The notes below the pieces were generated by a model. That model did no database searches and had not been told where the DNA came from. It was given only the letters and a program-made list of their open reading frames with translations. A stretch of 62,063 nucleotides of DNA from Chitinophaga pinensis (GTDB lineage: Bacteria > Bacteroidota > Bacteroidia > AKYH767-A > OLB10), in contig CALQOD010000003.1 in assembly GCA_943332105.1 (NCBI GenBank), positions 1 through 62,063 of the forward strand, written 5' to 3'. A program made the position numbers and the translations under genes. Positions 9,840-20,027 of this stretch are shown in pieces; the first letter of the stretch is position 1; each line of letters begins with the position of its first letter.

Positions 9840-12674
9840 ATGATAAAATCCTTACAACTATTAGCTGCTAGTTTATTACTGACGCTAACTACAGTAACAG
9901 CAGGTGTTCCAGGTGCAGGCCAAAGCTACCGCATTCCCGCTAATGTTACAGCTGACGATTACATTGCAAAAACAATTGTATTAAAAGTAAAAGATCAGTA
10001 CAGAGCATCTTGCACTAATGAGCAAATTAATATTACTGCAGTACAACGAATACTTGCTTCTACTAATCAACAATCATTAGCAAAAATTTTCCCTCGTCAT
10101 TTGAAACCAGCTCGTATTACAAACGATTATGGAATGCCTTTAATCGATTTAAGTTTGATTTATGAATTTCAGTATAAGTCGGACGCTGATTTAGTAAAAA
10201 CAATTAATGCATTGTTGCAAACAGGTATTTTTGAATATGTAGAACCTAAGTTTTTACCTAAGGTAGTTGCTTATAATCCAAACGATCCCCAACAAGCTAG
10301 TCAATGGTTTTTAGCCAAAGTTAAATTATTTGATGCATGGGGTGTTCAGCAAGGAGATACGAATGTTGTAATTGGAATTACAGATACTGGTACAGATACG
10401 GATCATCCCGATTTAGCTGCTAATATGAAGCATAACTATAACGATCCTATCAATGGAGTGGATGATGATAATGATGGATACCTTGACAATTTTACAGGGT
10501 GGGATGTAGGAGAAAATGATAATGACGCACAAGTTGGCACGTGTGGTTCATGTGATCATGGTAGTCATGTTGCAGGATGTGCTGATGCAGTTACTGATAA
10601 CGGAGTAGGTGTTGCAGGTCCTGGTTTTAAATGTAAGTTCATGCCTGTGAAAATTGCGGATGCAAGTGGGTCATTAACTAAAGCTTATGAAGGTATTGCT
10701 TATGCTGCGGATAATGGTTGTCAGATTATCAACTGCTCTTGGGGTGGTGCTGGTGGTGGTTCATTCGGACAAAACATTATCGATTACGCAACGAACAATC
10801 AGAACTGCTTAGTAGTAGTTGCTGCAGGTAACAATAATTCAAGTTTAGAATTTTTCCCAGCTGCTTATCCTAATGCATTATGTGTTGCTGCAACAAACTC
10901 TAACGATTCGAAATCTAGTTTCTCTAACTACGGAACATATATCGATGTTTGTGCTCCCGGAAGTAATATCTTTTCAACTGTTGATAATAATTCATACACT
11001 AGTATGAGCGGTACTTCAATGGCATCACCAATTGCTGCTGGATGTGCTGCAATTATTAAATCGCAAAACCCTTCGTTCACAGGATTGCAAGTAGGTGAGC
11101 AGTTAAGAATCACTTGTGATAATATTTATGGTGTTGCTGCAAACAGCGGTTACCAAGGTAAATTAGGTACTGGTCGTATTAATCTATACAAAGGGTTAAC
11201 AATAACAGGTCCTTCTGTTAGAGCAAACAATTTAGTAACGGTTGATAATAACGATAACGTTTTCATCGTGAATGATACATTACGTATTACAGGTGATTTT
11301 ACAAATTACTTATCGCCAACTACTGCATTAACTGTTACACTTTCTACTACTTCAACATTTGTAACTATTCTTGATAACAGTACTACAGTTGGTTTATTAG
11401 GAACATTAGCTACAGTGAATAATACGACAGATCCATTTACTGTTAAGATTAACTCGAATGCTCCTCAAAATACACTGATTACTTTTACTCTAACATTTGT
11501 TGATGGTACTTATACCTCTACACAAACATTTACAAAAACGGTTAATGTGGATTATTTGAATATCACGATGAATGATATTTTTACAACTAACTCTAGTAAA
11601 GGAAGAATTTGCTATAACGGTACTGGTCAGACAGAAGGTTTAGGTTTCGATTATATGAATGGTGGTACTGTTTCTTATGAAACTGGTTTCATGTTAGGAA
11701 CAGCAACAGGTGTTTCTGATAATGTTCGTGGTGCTGCGGGTGGTGCAACTGATGAAGACTTTGCTGCAACACAAACTATTCAACGTAATGATCCTTCACA
11801 ATGGTCAGACTTTGATACATATGGTAAATTCAATGATGCGGTAGCTGCTACTCCTCATAATTTATTGATGAATTTTCGCACGCTTTCATGGACAAATGCA
11901 CCTGATTCTAAATATCACATTTTCGAATATACTATCAAGAATAACGGTGCTGCCTTATCGAACTTATGGGCAGGTATTTTCTCAGACTGGGATATCCAAA
12001 CATATGCGAATAATAAAGCGAATGAAGATGTAAGCTTGAAAATGGGATATGCTTATTGTACGGATACTAGTGGTTTATATGCAGGTATTAAATTGCTGAC
12101 GCAAAACGCTGGATTCAATCACTATGCAGTTGATAATATTACTGGTGGTGCAGGTGGTGCTGATTTATCTGATGGATATGATGAGACAGAAAAGTTTACA
12201 ACACTTTCTACTCCGCGTGCAACAGCAGGTGGTACAGGAACTGGTAATGATGTAATTGATGTTGTTTCTACTGGTCCATTTACTATTGCAACAGGCGATT
12301 CTGTAACAGTAGCATTCGCATTAATTTGTGGAAGTGAATTAGGCGATATTCAAGCTAGCGCTGCTGCTGCTCAAATTAAATATGATTTAGCAACTGCTGT
12401 TAATGAAAACAATGCATCAATCGTAACGATAAATGCTTATCCTAATCCTGCAACAAGCTCTACTGTTATTCCTTTCTACTTAAGAAAAATGAATACTGTT
12501 AAAATGGAAATTGTAGATATTGCTGGTCGTGTAATTAAAACAGAAAACATTAAGAATGTAAATCTTGGTGAAAATCAAATTACACTTGATTTATCAGGAT
12601 ATGCAACTGGGTTATATCATTTCCGCTTAATTGCAGGAGAAGAAGTAGCAATAGGAGCAATTCAAAAATTATAA
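9840..12674 (+). CDS. S8 subtilisin-family serine peptidase with T9SS type A CTD
   Basis: Triad ITDTG / HGSHVAG / SGTSMASP; oxyanion AAGNN; C-terminal AYPNP...GLYHFRL. Confidence 0.93.
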   Translation: MIKSLQLLAASLLLTLTTVTAGVPGAGQSYRIPANVTADDYIAKTIVLKVKDQYRASCTNEQINITAVQRILASTNQQSLAKIFPRHLKPARITNDYGMPLIDLSLIYEFQYKSDADLVKTINALLQTGIFEYVEPKFLPKVVAYNPNDPQQASQWFLAKVKLFDAWGVQQGDTNVVIGITDTGTDTDHPDLAANMKHNYNDPINGVDDDNDGYLDNFTGWDVGENDNDAQVGTCGSCDHGSHVAGCADAVTDNGVGVAGPGFKCKFMPVKIADASGSLTKAYEGIAYAADNGCQIINCSWGGAGGGSFGQNIIDYATNNQNCLVVVAAGNNNSSLEFFPAAYPNALCVAATNSNDSKSSFSNYGTYIDVCAPGSNIFSTVDNNSYTSMSGTSMASPIAAGCAAIIKSQNPSFTGLQVGEQLRITCDNIYGVAANSGYQGKLGTGRINLYKGLTITGPSVRANNLVTVDNNDNVFIVNDTLRITGDFTNYLSPTTALTVTLSTTSTFVTILDNSTTVGLLGTLATVNNTTDPFTVKINSNAPQNTLITFTLTFVDGTYTSTQTFTKTVNVDYLNITMNDIFTTNSSKGRICYNGTGQTEGLGFDYMNGGTVSYETGFMLGTATGVSDNVRGAAGGATDEDFAATQTIQRNDPSQWSDFDTYGKFNDAVAATPHNLLMNFRTLSWTNAPDSKYHIFEYTIKNNGAALSNLWAGIFSDWDIQTYANNKANEDVSLKMGYAYCTDTSGLYAGIKLLTQNAGFNHYAVDNITGGAGGADLSDGYDETEKFTTLSTPRATAGGTGTGNDVIDVVSTGPFTIATGDSVTVAFALICGSELGDIQASAAAAQIKYDLATAVNENNASIVTINAYPNPATSSTVIPFYLRKMNTVKMEIVDIAGRVIKTENIKNVNLGENQITLDLSGYATGLYHFRLIAGEEVAIGAIQKL

Positions 12675-12690
12675 TTCTAAGACTGATTAG

Positions 12691-12724
12691 AGGCGCTGTG
12701 CGATTTTCGTGCAGCGCTTTTTAT
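12691..12724 (+). terminator. Rho-independent terminator after the S8 gene
   Basis: GCGCTGTGCG/CGTGCAGCGC 10-bp stem (2 G-U pairs), then a T-run. Confidence 0.75.
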
Positions 12725-12728
12725 TTTT

Positions 12729-12736
12729 TACCTTTG
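12729..12736 (+). promoter_or_regulatory. -7 box (TACCTTTG)
   Basis: Exact TAnnTTTG upstream of ATG 12752. Confidence 0.7.
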
Positions 12737-12751
12737 ATCAAAATTTTTAAT

Positions 12752-13270
12752 ATGGCACTTATTAAACCTGTGCATGGAATCATGCCTGAATTTGGAGAGA
12801 ATTGTTACCTAGCAGAAAATGCAACTATTGTTGGGCAAGTGAAGATGGGCGATCAATGCAGCGTTTGGTTTAATGCTGTTGTTCGTGGCGATGTGAATTT
12901 TATTACTATAGGTAATAAAGTAAATATTCAAGATGGTGCTGTAATACATTGTACTTATCAGAAGGCAGAAACAATTATTGGTAATAATGTTTCTATCGGA
13001 CATAATGCTTTAGTGCATGGATGTACGATTCACGATAACGTGTTGGTAGGGATGGGTGCTATTGTGATGGATCATTGCGTGGTGGAGTCGAATTCGATTA
13101 TTGCTGCTGGATCTGTAGTATTAGAAAATACTCATATCGAATCAGGATGTATTTATGCGGGTGTCCCTGCCAAGAAAGTAAAGTCGATAGACCCCGAACA
13201 AGTACGTGTATTGATTGAAGGTATTGCCAATAATTACACGATGTATTCAGATTGGTTTAAAGAAGAATAA
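12752..13270 (+). CDS. Gamma-carbonic anhydrase family (YrdA/PaaY-like) hexapeptide-repeat protein
   Basis: VWFNAVVRGD, NIQDGAVIH, IGHNALVHGC. Confidence 0.92.
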   Translation: MALIKPVHGIMPEFGENCYLAENATIVGQVKMGDQCSVWFNAVVRGDVNFITIGNKVNIQDGAVIHCTYQKAETIIGNNVSIGHNALVHGCTIHDNVLVGMGAIVMDHCVVESNSIIAAGSVVLENTHIESGCIYAGVPAKKVKSIDPEQVRVLIEGIANNYTMYSDWFKEE

Positions 13271-13271
13271 G

Positions 13272-13892
13272 ATGGATTTATTTTCATCAGAAGATGCTAA
13301 TTCACTTCCGTTGGATGGAGAACTTTTTTATTATCCATCCTTCTTTACAAAAGCGCAAAGCGATTTTTATTTTGATGCTTTGATGCAATCAATCCCATGG
13401 CAACACGATGAAGTGATGATGTTTGGTAAAAAGATTATTACTAAGCGAATGACGGCTTGGTATGGCGATGAAGGTTGCAGTTATACTTATTCAAAAATAC
13501 TTCGGGTTCCGATTAGCTGGAGTGAAATCTTGCTTGAAATAAAAAGTCAAGTCGAAGAAAAAGCTAATACAAATTTTAATTCATGCTTGTTGAATCTTTA
13601 TCATGATGGTAATGAAAGCATGGCTTACCACGCCGATGATGAGCCAATGTTAGAACAAAATGGTACCATTGCATCAGTAAGCTTTGGAGTTGAACGACGT
13701 TTTTTATTTCGTCATAACAATTTTCGGGAAAATAAAATTCCAGTTGTTGAAACGGTACTTTTGAATGGAAGTCTGCTATTGATGCAAGGAGAAATCCAAT
13801 CTCATTGGAAGCATGCCTTGCCAGCATCAAAAAAAATAAAAACTCCGCGCATCAATCTTACTTTTCGTAAAATCGTTACCGTTAGTCGATAA
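13272..13892 (+). CDS. AlkB-family 2OG-Fe(II) dioxygenase (ALKBH2/3-like)
   Basis: LLNLY, HADDE (HxD), WKHALP, RINLTFR. Confidence 0.9.
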   Translation: MDLFSSEDANSLPLDGELFYYPSFFTKAQSDFYFDALMQSIPWQHDEVMMFGKKIITKRMTAWYGDEGCSYTYSKILRVPISWSEILLEIKSQVEEKANTNFNSCLLNLYHDGNESMAYHADDEPMLEQNGTIASVSFGVERRFLFRHNNFRENKIPVVETVLLNGSLLLMQGEIQSHWKHALPASKKIKTPRINLTFRKIVTVSR

Positions 13893-15177
13893 TTTCAGCC
13901 ACGGTAAACGTACTTCCACCAACGAAGATTAAGTCGTTTGTTGAAGCGTCTTTAATTGCGTTTTGTAAGGCATCTTGAACACTGTTGTAAATATTGCCTT
14001 GTAGATTAAATTCGCTTGCTTTCTCTTGCAGAATTTGCGCATCTAATCCACGAGGAATATCAGCTTTGCAAAAATAGTACTGCGCGTTAATAGGGAATAA
14101 AGGAAGTACACTTGTAATATCTTTATCATCTACCATTCCTAAAACAATTCTAACATTCCCATTTGAATAGTTAGATATCAGCGGAAGTACTTGTTGTAGT
14201 CCATCTTTATTATGCGCTGTATCACACATCACAAGCGGATTTTCCTGTAGTTTATACCAGCGACCTTTAAATCCAGTGTTGCGCTTGATGTTTTGCATTC
14301 CAGCTTTAATATTCAAATCTGAAATTATAAAATCATGTTTGTTTAATTCATCGATACAAGCCAATACACCAGCTATGTTTTTTGTTTGATAAGGACCTGT
14401 TAAGTTACACTCAAAGTTGAGTTTCGATTCATTAGATTTGTTGCTAGCATCTACCATCATAGTGTCAGAAAAATCACTAGTTGATTGTGTACTTATTTCC
14501 CATACATCATTTGCGAAAATAATGGGTGCATTATATTCATTCGCTTTGTTTGTAAAAATAGTTGCAATATTATCTTGGTACTCACTGATGATAATGGGAG
14601 TATTTTGCTTGATGATGCCTGCTTTTTCTCCTGCTATCTTCGGAAGCGTATCACCTAACAAATTCATGTGATCATAGCCGATATTCGTAATGATACTTAC
14701 AATAGGATGAATCACATTAGTGGAGTCTAATCTGCCTCCTAATCCTGTCTCAATAATATTAATATCCGTTTGCATGGCATCAAAATAAGCAAATGCCATA
14801 GCGGTTGTCATTTCAAAGAAAGAAGGTTGTATTTTATCGAAATCGCCTTTGTAATTCGTTACAAAATCAGCAATCCATTCTTCATTCGCCATTTCGCCAT
14901 TTACACGAATTCTCTCTCGAAAATCTTTTAAATGTGGAGAAGTATAGAGTCCGGTTTTGAATCCTGCTTCCTGTAAAATACTGGCCAGTATATTCGACGT
15001 AGATCCCTTTCCGTTAGTCCCAGCAATATGAATACATTTTATTTTTTGATGTGGATTGTTTAGCAATTCCATCAAAGCATACGTATTATCGAGGTTTGCT
15101 TTATAAGCAGCTGGTCCGATGCGATGAAACATTGGAAGTGCTGATTGTAAATAGGCTATCGTTTCTGCGTAATTCAT
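13882..15177 (-). CDS. folC: Bifunctional folylpolyglutamate/dihydrofolate synthase
   Basis: HIAGTNGKGS, YTSPHL, ETGLGGRLDSTN, DTAHN. Confidence 0.96.
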   Translation of the reverse strand: MNYAETIAYLQSALPMFHRIGPAAYKANLDNTYALMELLNNPHQKIKCIHIAGTNGKGSTSNILASILQEAGFKTGLYTSPHLKDFRERIRVNGEMANEEWIADFVTNYKGDFDKIQPSFFEMTTAMAFAYFDAMQTDINIIETGLGGRLDSTNVIHPIVSIITNIGYDHMNLLGDTLPKIAGEKAGIIKQNTPIIISEYQDNIATIFTNKANEYNAPIIFANDVWEISTQSTSDFSDTMMVDASNKSNESKLNFECNLTGPYQTKNIAGVLACIDELNKHDFIISDLNIKAGMQNIKRNTGFKGRWYKLQENPLVMCDTAHNKDGLQQVLPLISNYSNGNVRIVLGMVDDKDITSVLPLFPINAQYYFCKADIPRGLDAQILQEKASEFNLQGNIYNSVQDALQNAIKDASTNDLIFVGGSTFTVAEIID

Positions 15178-15264
15178 AATTGTCTTGCAAAGTAAAGCGA
15201 ATACGACTAATATTTCGCTCTGATGCGTGAAAATTTATTAGATTTGAATTCCAAAACTCTTTCA

Positions 15265-17730
15265 ATGAAAATCAATTTAATCAAGTCACTGAAGTTACTC
15301 GTGTTAGTAGTTCTTACTAGTGTTGCTAACGCTCAAATGCCGATATTTAAATATTCCACTTCTGATGAACAGGTTCCTATTAACTATCGGATTTATAAAT
15401 CAGTTATCATGGATAGTTTAGGTAATTCGTTTTATACGGGTTCGTTTCAAGATAGCATCGATTTAGATCCGGGTGCGGGAGTTCAGTATGTTACTTCACA
15501 TGGTGGAACAGATATCTTTTTATACTCATTGGATTCAAATGGAACCTATCGTTGGGGATTTTCCATTGGTGGTGCTCTTGGCGATTTTAGTATGAAAGTG
15601 CTACCTGAACGAAGTGGGACTGTTTTATTATTAGGATATCAAAATGGTCAGATCGATTTAGATCCCGATACTGGTGTTGCCAATACCCCCGCTACGGGAA
15701 AGGTGTTTGTTGCGCGTTATGATGCGAACGGACATTTTCTAGCTGGATTCGATTTACCGTTAATTACGAATCAATCGAGCGTTACGGATTATCCAGATAT
15801 GGCCATCGATTACAATAACAATATTGTTGTAACTGGTTACGGACAAGGAGATGTTGATCCGGGTGCAGGAGTGTTTACTGTTGGTGGATCATTAAGTGCA
15901 GATATAATTTTAGCAAAGTACACACCTGCATTGCAGTTAGATTGGGCTTTCTCGTTAAATTCAACAAGAGGGATTTCGGAGGTCTCGCATCAGGTAGTGA
16001 TTGATTCTTCAAATAATATTTACATCGCAGGATATTTTAGTACTTCTGATACTGTCGATTTTGATCCAGGTGTTGGTATCGCAAAATTGAATTGCTCTCC
16101 TTCGTATGATATTTTTTATGCAAAGTATAATTCATCAGGTGTATATCAATGGGCAAAAAATCTTACTACCGGTGTTTCTGTTTATGGTACGATGCCTATT
16201 CGTTTAACCATTATTCCTGGCGGAAGATTATTGATTTTTGGATTTGCTTATGCACAGATTGATTTAAATCCTGGTCCGTTTGCAAACTATTATCCCAGCG
16301 GACAATTCGTTGCGCAGTATATGCAGAACACAGGAAGTTTATATTCTGCGTATTCAGTTAATGTAGGTTTTGGAAATGTAATCACAGATTTAAACGTAGA
16401 TAATACAGGTAAAATTTATATCACCGGTAGCTTCAGAGATTCTGTTGATTTCGATATGTTCGGAACAGGAGTTTATAAATTGTATGGAAATACAAGTCCT
16501 CATTCCTCTGAATTTATTGCTTCCTATAATTCAAATCTGCAATTTCGGTGGGCGCGTAATTTAACTACATCCACAGTAGGAACACCTGGAGGAATGATTG
16601 TCACGATTAATAAGCCTGGTTATATTTTATTTACTTCAAGAGTGCAAGGGACCAATGATATGAATCCTTCTGCTGCTGTTTGTATTGTAAGTGCTCCTTC
16701 TACTACCGTAGATGTTCAGGCATGCTGGACGGATGGAGTTATTCCTGCATTTACTGTAAAGCCAGGCGATGCTGATAATAGTGGCGTAGTTGATATGAGT
16801 GATTTATTACCGATTGGCATTTATTACAATGATTCCTCTTATGCTCGTGATACGATTTCTATTTTATGGAATGATCATGTTGCTTCTGCTTGGGATGCAC
16901 CATTGCAATCAAACGGACAAAATCGTGCGCATGCTGATTGTGATGGAAATGGAATTATCAATGCCGATGATACATTAGCGATCAATCAGAATTTTGGTTT
17001 GCTAGGAGCTGTGAATCCTGATTGGACAGAACGTACTGCTACTGCAACAGAAGTTCATTTTATTCCGCAGCAAACAGCGTATTATGCTGGCGATACAGTA
17101 AAGATTCATGTTATGGCAGGAACGCTTGCTAATCCGTATTCGAATTTATTAGGTGCTGCGTATGCTCTTCCGGTATCCTCAAATTATATTCAATCGAATT
17201 CTATAAAATTCTTTTACAGCAATAGTGTTATAGGAGGAGTTTCCAATCTTAAACTTGACCGAGTTCTTTCGAATGCGATAACATCATCAATTATTAAAAC
17301 CGATCACGTTGGTGTGAATGGTTACGGCGAAATAGGCGAGCTTCAATTTGTAGTTCCTTCGAACTATACCACTCCAACCATGGTCCCGCTTCAAGCAAGT
17401 TTATTAAAGTTGGTGGATGCAAATGGAAACAATCTATCGGTAACTCACGCAATTGATACTTTGTATTTGAATATGTCGGTAGGTATGGATGAATTGAATG
17501 AAGCACGTTGGAATGTTTATCCGAATCCGATGAGTGGAAACACGATTCATATCAGTGGTCCGATGCAATTTAGTGCTGCATTGTTGAGCGATATTTCAGG
17601 AAGAGTGCTGGCAGAATTTTCTGGTAATGGAAATTCAAGTTTGATAATTCCATCAACTCTTGATAAAGGAACTTATCTACTACAGTTAATTACAGCGAAA
17701 GGGATTGTTGTTAAGAAGCTGATTTTTTAA
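15265..17730 (+). CDS. T9SS cargo: SBBP-like beta-propeller (DLDPG repeats) + dockerin-like pair + cohesin-like domain + CTD
   Basis: Repeated D(L/F)DPG and ..D..N.Y.TG.F units; GDADNSGVVDMSD and ADCDGNGIINADD loops; VYPNP...GTYLLQL CTD. Confidence 0.8.
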   Translation: MKINLIKSLKLLVLVVLTSVANAQMPIFKYSTSDEQVPINYRIYKSVIMDSLGNSFYTGSFQDSIDLDPGAGVQYVTSHGGTDIFLYSLDSNGTYRWGFSIGGALGDFSMKVLPERSGTVLLLGYQNGQIDLDPDTGVANTPATGKVFVARYDANGHFLAGFDLPLITNQSSVTDYPDMAIDYNNNIVVTGYGQGDVDPGAGVFTVGGSLSADIILAKYTPALQLDWAFSLNSTRGISEVSHQVVIDSSNNIYIAGYFSTSDTVDFDPGVGIAKLNCSPSYDIFYAKYNSSGVYQWAKNLTTGVSVYGTMPIRLTIIPGGRLLIFGFAYAQIDLNPGPFANYYPSGQFVAQYMQNTGSLYSAYSVNVGFGNVITDLNVDNTGKIYITGSFRDSVDFDMFGTGVYKLYGNTSPHSSEFIASYNSNLQFRWARNLTTSTVGTPGGMIVTINKPGYILFTSRVQGTNDMNPSAAVCIVSAPSTTVDVQACWTDGVIPAFTVKPGDADNSGVVDMSDLLPIGIYYNDSSYARDTISILWNDHVASAWDAPLQSNGQNRAHADCDGNGIINADDTLAINQNFGLLGAVNPDWTERTATATEVHFIPQQTAYYAGDTVKIHVMAGTLANPYSNLLGAAYALPVSSNYIQSNSIKFFYSNSVIGGVSNLKLDRVLSNAITSSIIKTDHVGVNGYGEIGELQFVVPSNYTTPTMVPLQASLLKLVDANGNNLSVTHAIDTLYLNMSVGMDELNEARWNVYPNPMSGNTIHISGPMQFSAALLSDISGRVLAEFSGNGNSSLIIPSTLDKGTYLLQLITAKGIVVKKLIF

Positions 17731-17761
17731 GGGCGGAAAATAGAGGTCTGATTAATCGATT

Positions 17762-17787
17762 AAAAGAGTGTCGAACTCGACACTTTT
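17762..17787 (+). terminator. Rho-independent terminator
   Basis: AGTGTCG/CGACACT stem flanked by an A-run and a T-run. Confidence 0.65.
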
Positions 17788-17991
17788 AAGTTATGATTGA
17801 TAAAAGCAAGTTTGATTCGCTAAACGATTTCTTAAAAATTAAACGTTTGTAAATGCTTATAATTGGGTAGAAGAAAAAATTGCAATTATTTTTACCCCCG
17901 GGGGGACTTATTCATATGCCGTTTACAAGTACTTAATTAAGTCGTAACACTCTTCAAGACGTGTATTCATTAAATAAGAAATTTACATTAA

Positions 17992-18768
17992 TTATTTCAA
18001 GAAATACCTAAACGTCATAGTTCCTTTCTGAACTTCTACGTCGCTAGGCGAGAACTTTACTTTCTCAGCGGCCTCTTTCGATTTCTTTACAAGGTTAGCA
18101 CTTGTAGTTGTAGAGCCTCTGGCAGGACCATTAGCTGATACAACATTTCCGGTTTTGTCAACCGTGATATTTATTACTACGATACCTGTCTCTTGAGAAT
18201 TATCGACCACCTTAGGTGTACTGCGGGTAGTCCTACCCGTTAGGTCATAACCAAATCCGTCGCCTTTGCCAGATCCACCTCCATTTCCACCACCATCACC
18301 ACTGCCTGTACCTGTTCCATTGCCTGTTCCTTTTCCATCACCTAAACCACCGCCTTCGCCAGTGCCTTGTTGAGCACCACCATTGTTTCTTTTTCCACCT
18401 TTGAAAAGTGCATTCTGATTTACCTTTGGGACTTCAACTAAATCAACCTTAACTTTAGGTTGTTCCTTAATTTTTTCTTTCTTCTTTGGTTTATTCTTAG
18501 TTTTCTCTGGCTGATCAATACTTACTGTTTGCTCGTCATCATTCGTCATGATTTCTTCTTCGGGTTCAGGCTCGGGAGCAGGTGCAGGAGCAACATCAGA
18601 AATATCCAATGTTCCAAACTCTACGAAGCTACCACCACCGCCACCACCCGCAAGTCCCTCAGGAAAAGGAGGATCTGGCGTGGTTAAATTCAATAGTAAC
18701 ATTAGCAAAGCAATGATACCATGCAATCCTAATGTTAAGGCTATTGATTTTTTTTGATTTGCAGTCAT
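17992..18768 (-). CDS. TonB-family energy transducer
   Basis: N-terminal TM with His (LGLHGII), Pro/Glu- and Gly-rich linker, TonB_C-like end (GIVVINITVDKTGNV...GTMTFRY). Confidence 0.85.
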   Translation of the reverse strand: MTANQKKSIALTLGLHGIIALLMLLLNLTTPDPPFPEGLAGGGGGGSFVEFGTLDISDVAPAPAPEPEPEEEIMTNDDEQTVSIDQPEKTKNKPKKKEKIKEQPKVKVDLVEVPKVNQNALFKGGKRNNGGAQQGTGEGGGLGDGKGTGNGTGTGSGDGGGNGGGSGKGDGFGYDLTGRTTRSTPKVVDNSQETGIVVINITVDKTGNVVSANGPARGSTTTSANLVKKSKEAAEKVKFSPSDVEVQKGTMTFRYFLK

Positions 18769-19175
18769 TACTGATTAATCTTGGTAATATTTGTTGCTGC
18801 AACCATTTTGATTTTATTTTTGTTCCCTATGTCTAATAAAAAAACTACATCTTGCCATGGAACGGCTTTATCAACTTTTAATAGTGCAGTTGGGTCTATA
18901 ATTCCTTTTACTGCTGCTACCACGGCGGATTCAACTTGTTCGCGAGGTACAACTTGATCGTTAATTCCAAATTGTAAGTCGGCAGACACACTTATTACTA
19001 ATGGATGCTTTACACTCTGAATTCCTGTTTTTGAATTCGGAAGAAGCAGTTTCAATACTGATGGGGTTGCCATCGTGGAAGCGATAAGAAAGAATAACAA
19101 TAAGAAGAACATAATATCATTTAACGAATGACTATATACTTCAGATGCTGTTTTTTGACGGCGACTTAATTTCAT
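18768..19175 (-). CDS. exbD: ExbD/TolR family protein
   Basis: SLNDIMFFLLLFFLIAS TM segment with conserved Asp. Confidence 0.9.
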   Translation of the reverse strand: MKLSRRQKTASEVYSHSLNDIMFFLLLFFLIASTMATPSVLKLLLPNSKTGIQSVKHPLVISVSADLQFGINDQVVPREQVESAVVAAVKGIIDPTALLKVDKAVPWQDVVFLLDIGNKNKIKMVAATNITKINQ

Positions 19176-19867
19176 GAGTTTGCAGGTTCTTCTAATAAAT
19201 CGATAAAGTCAACAGCATTAATCTCCATCTTATTAATTACACGATCAATTAATTGTACCAAGTAATGATATCCAGCGTAAGCAATCATACCCACTAATAA
19301 TCCTGATCCAGATGAAATCATCTTCACATATAAACCACCAGAAATAGTATCAATCTCTAAACTGTTTTGCAATGAAATCTGATAGAAGATTTTAATTACT
19401 CCGAAGATTGTTCCTAAGAAACCAAACATAGGTGCAATACCTGCGATCGTCCCTAAAAATCCTAAGTTCTTTTCTAGTTTGAATATTTCAAGCTTTCCAG
19501 TGCTTTCGATTGCTGCTTCAATCTCGCGAACTGGTTTTCCTAAACGCATCAGCCCTTTTTCAATCATGCGTGCAGAAGGATTTCTTGTTGCACGGCATAA
19601 ATTTCTTGCCGCTTCAATATTTCCAGAATTTACATGTTGTTTAATCTGGTTCATGAAGTTAACATCTAACTTGCTGGCCTTTGAAATCACGAGTAGTCGT
19701 TCAAAGAAAATATATACTGCTAGTATGCTAAGGATACCAATAGGAATTAAAATGGGACCTCCTTTCGAAGCCATTTCCCATAGCGAAATACTTTTTTCAC
19801 CTGTTGTTCCAGTTGTGGCAGCAGCCGTTTCAGTTACTGCATTTGTAAGTTGAAGAAATAATGACAT
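19172..19867 (-). CDS. exbB: MotA/TolQ/ExbB proton channel
   Basis: IAPMFGFLGTIFGVI and GLLVGMIAY TM motifs. Confidence 0.92.
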   Translation of the reverse strand: MSLFLQLTNAVTETAAATTGTTGEKSISLWEMASKGGPILIPIGILSILAVYIFFERLLVISKASKLDVNFMNQIKQHVNSGNIEAARNLCRATRNPSARMIEKGLMRLGKPVREIEAAIESTGKLEIFKLEKNLGFLGTIAGIAPMFGFLGTIFGVIKIFYQISLQNSLEIDTISGGLYVKMISSGSGLLVGMIAYAGYHYLVQLIDRVINKMEINAVDFIDLLEEPANS

Positions 19868-20027
19868 ATTCGTTTTTGCTTTTTAGCGTAGATGGTAAAA
19901 TTATCAGTATAGTTAGCAGAAATAGTATCGCTTAATACCTCTTTACTAACAATCTTGTGTTGATGATAACGAAACATTAGTTGTGTTTATTATTGATACT
20001 TCAATCAGGTAAGTACAAATTTGTATC

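Noticed and set aside
17893-17908. CsoR/RcnR operator (C-tract/G-tract)
   Set aside because: Flanks do not form the TAC/GTA inverted repeat, and it lies between two 3' ends with no metal gene.
18250-18380. CCA/CCT-rich low-complexity DNA
   Set aside because: Explained by the Gly-rich linker of the TonB protein.
19820-19968. 47-aa minus-strand ORF (MFRYHQHK...) overlapping the exbB start
   Set aside because: No similarity or promoter support; probably chance.
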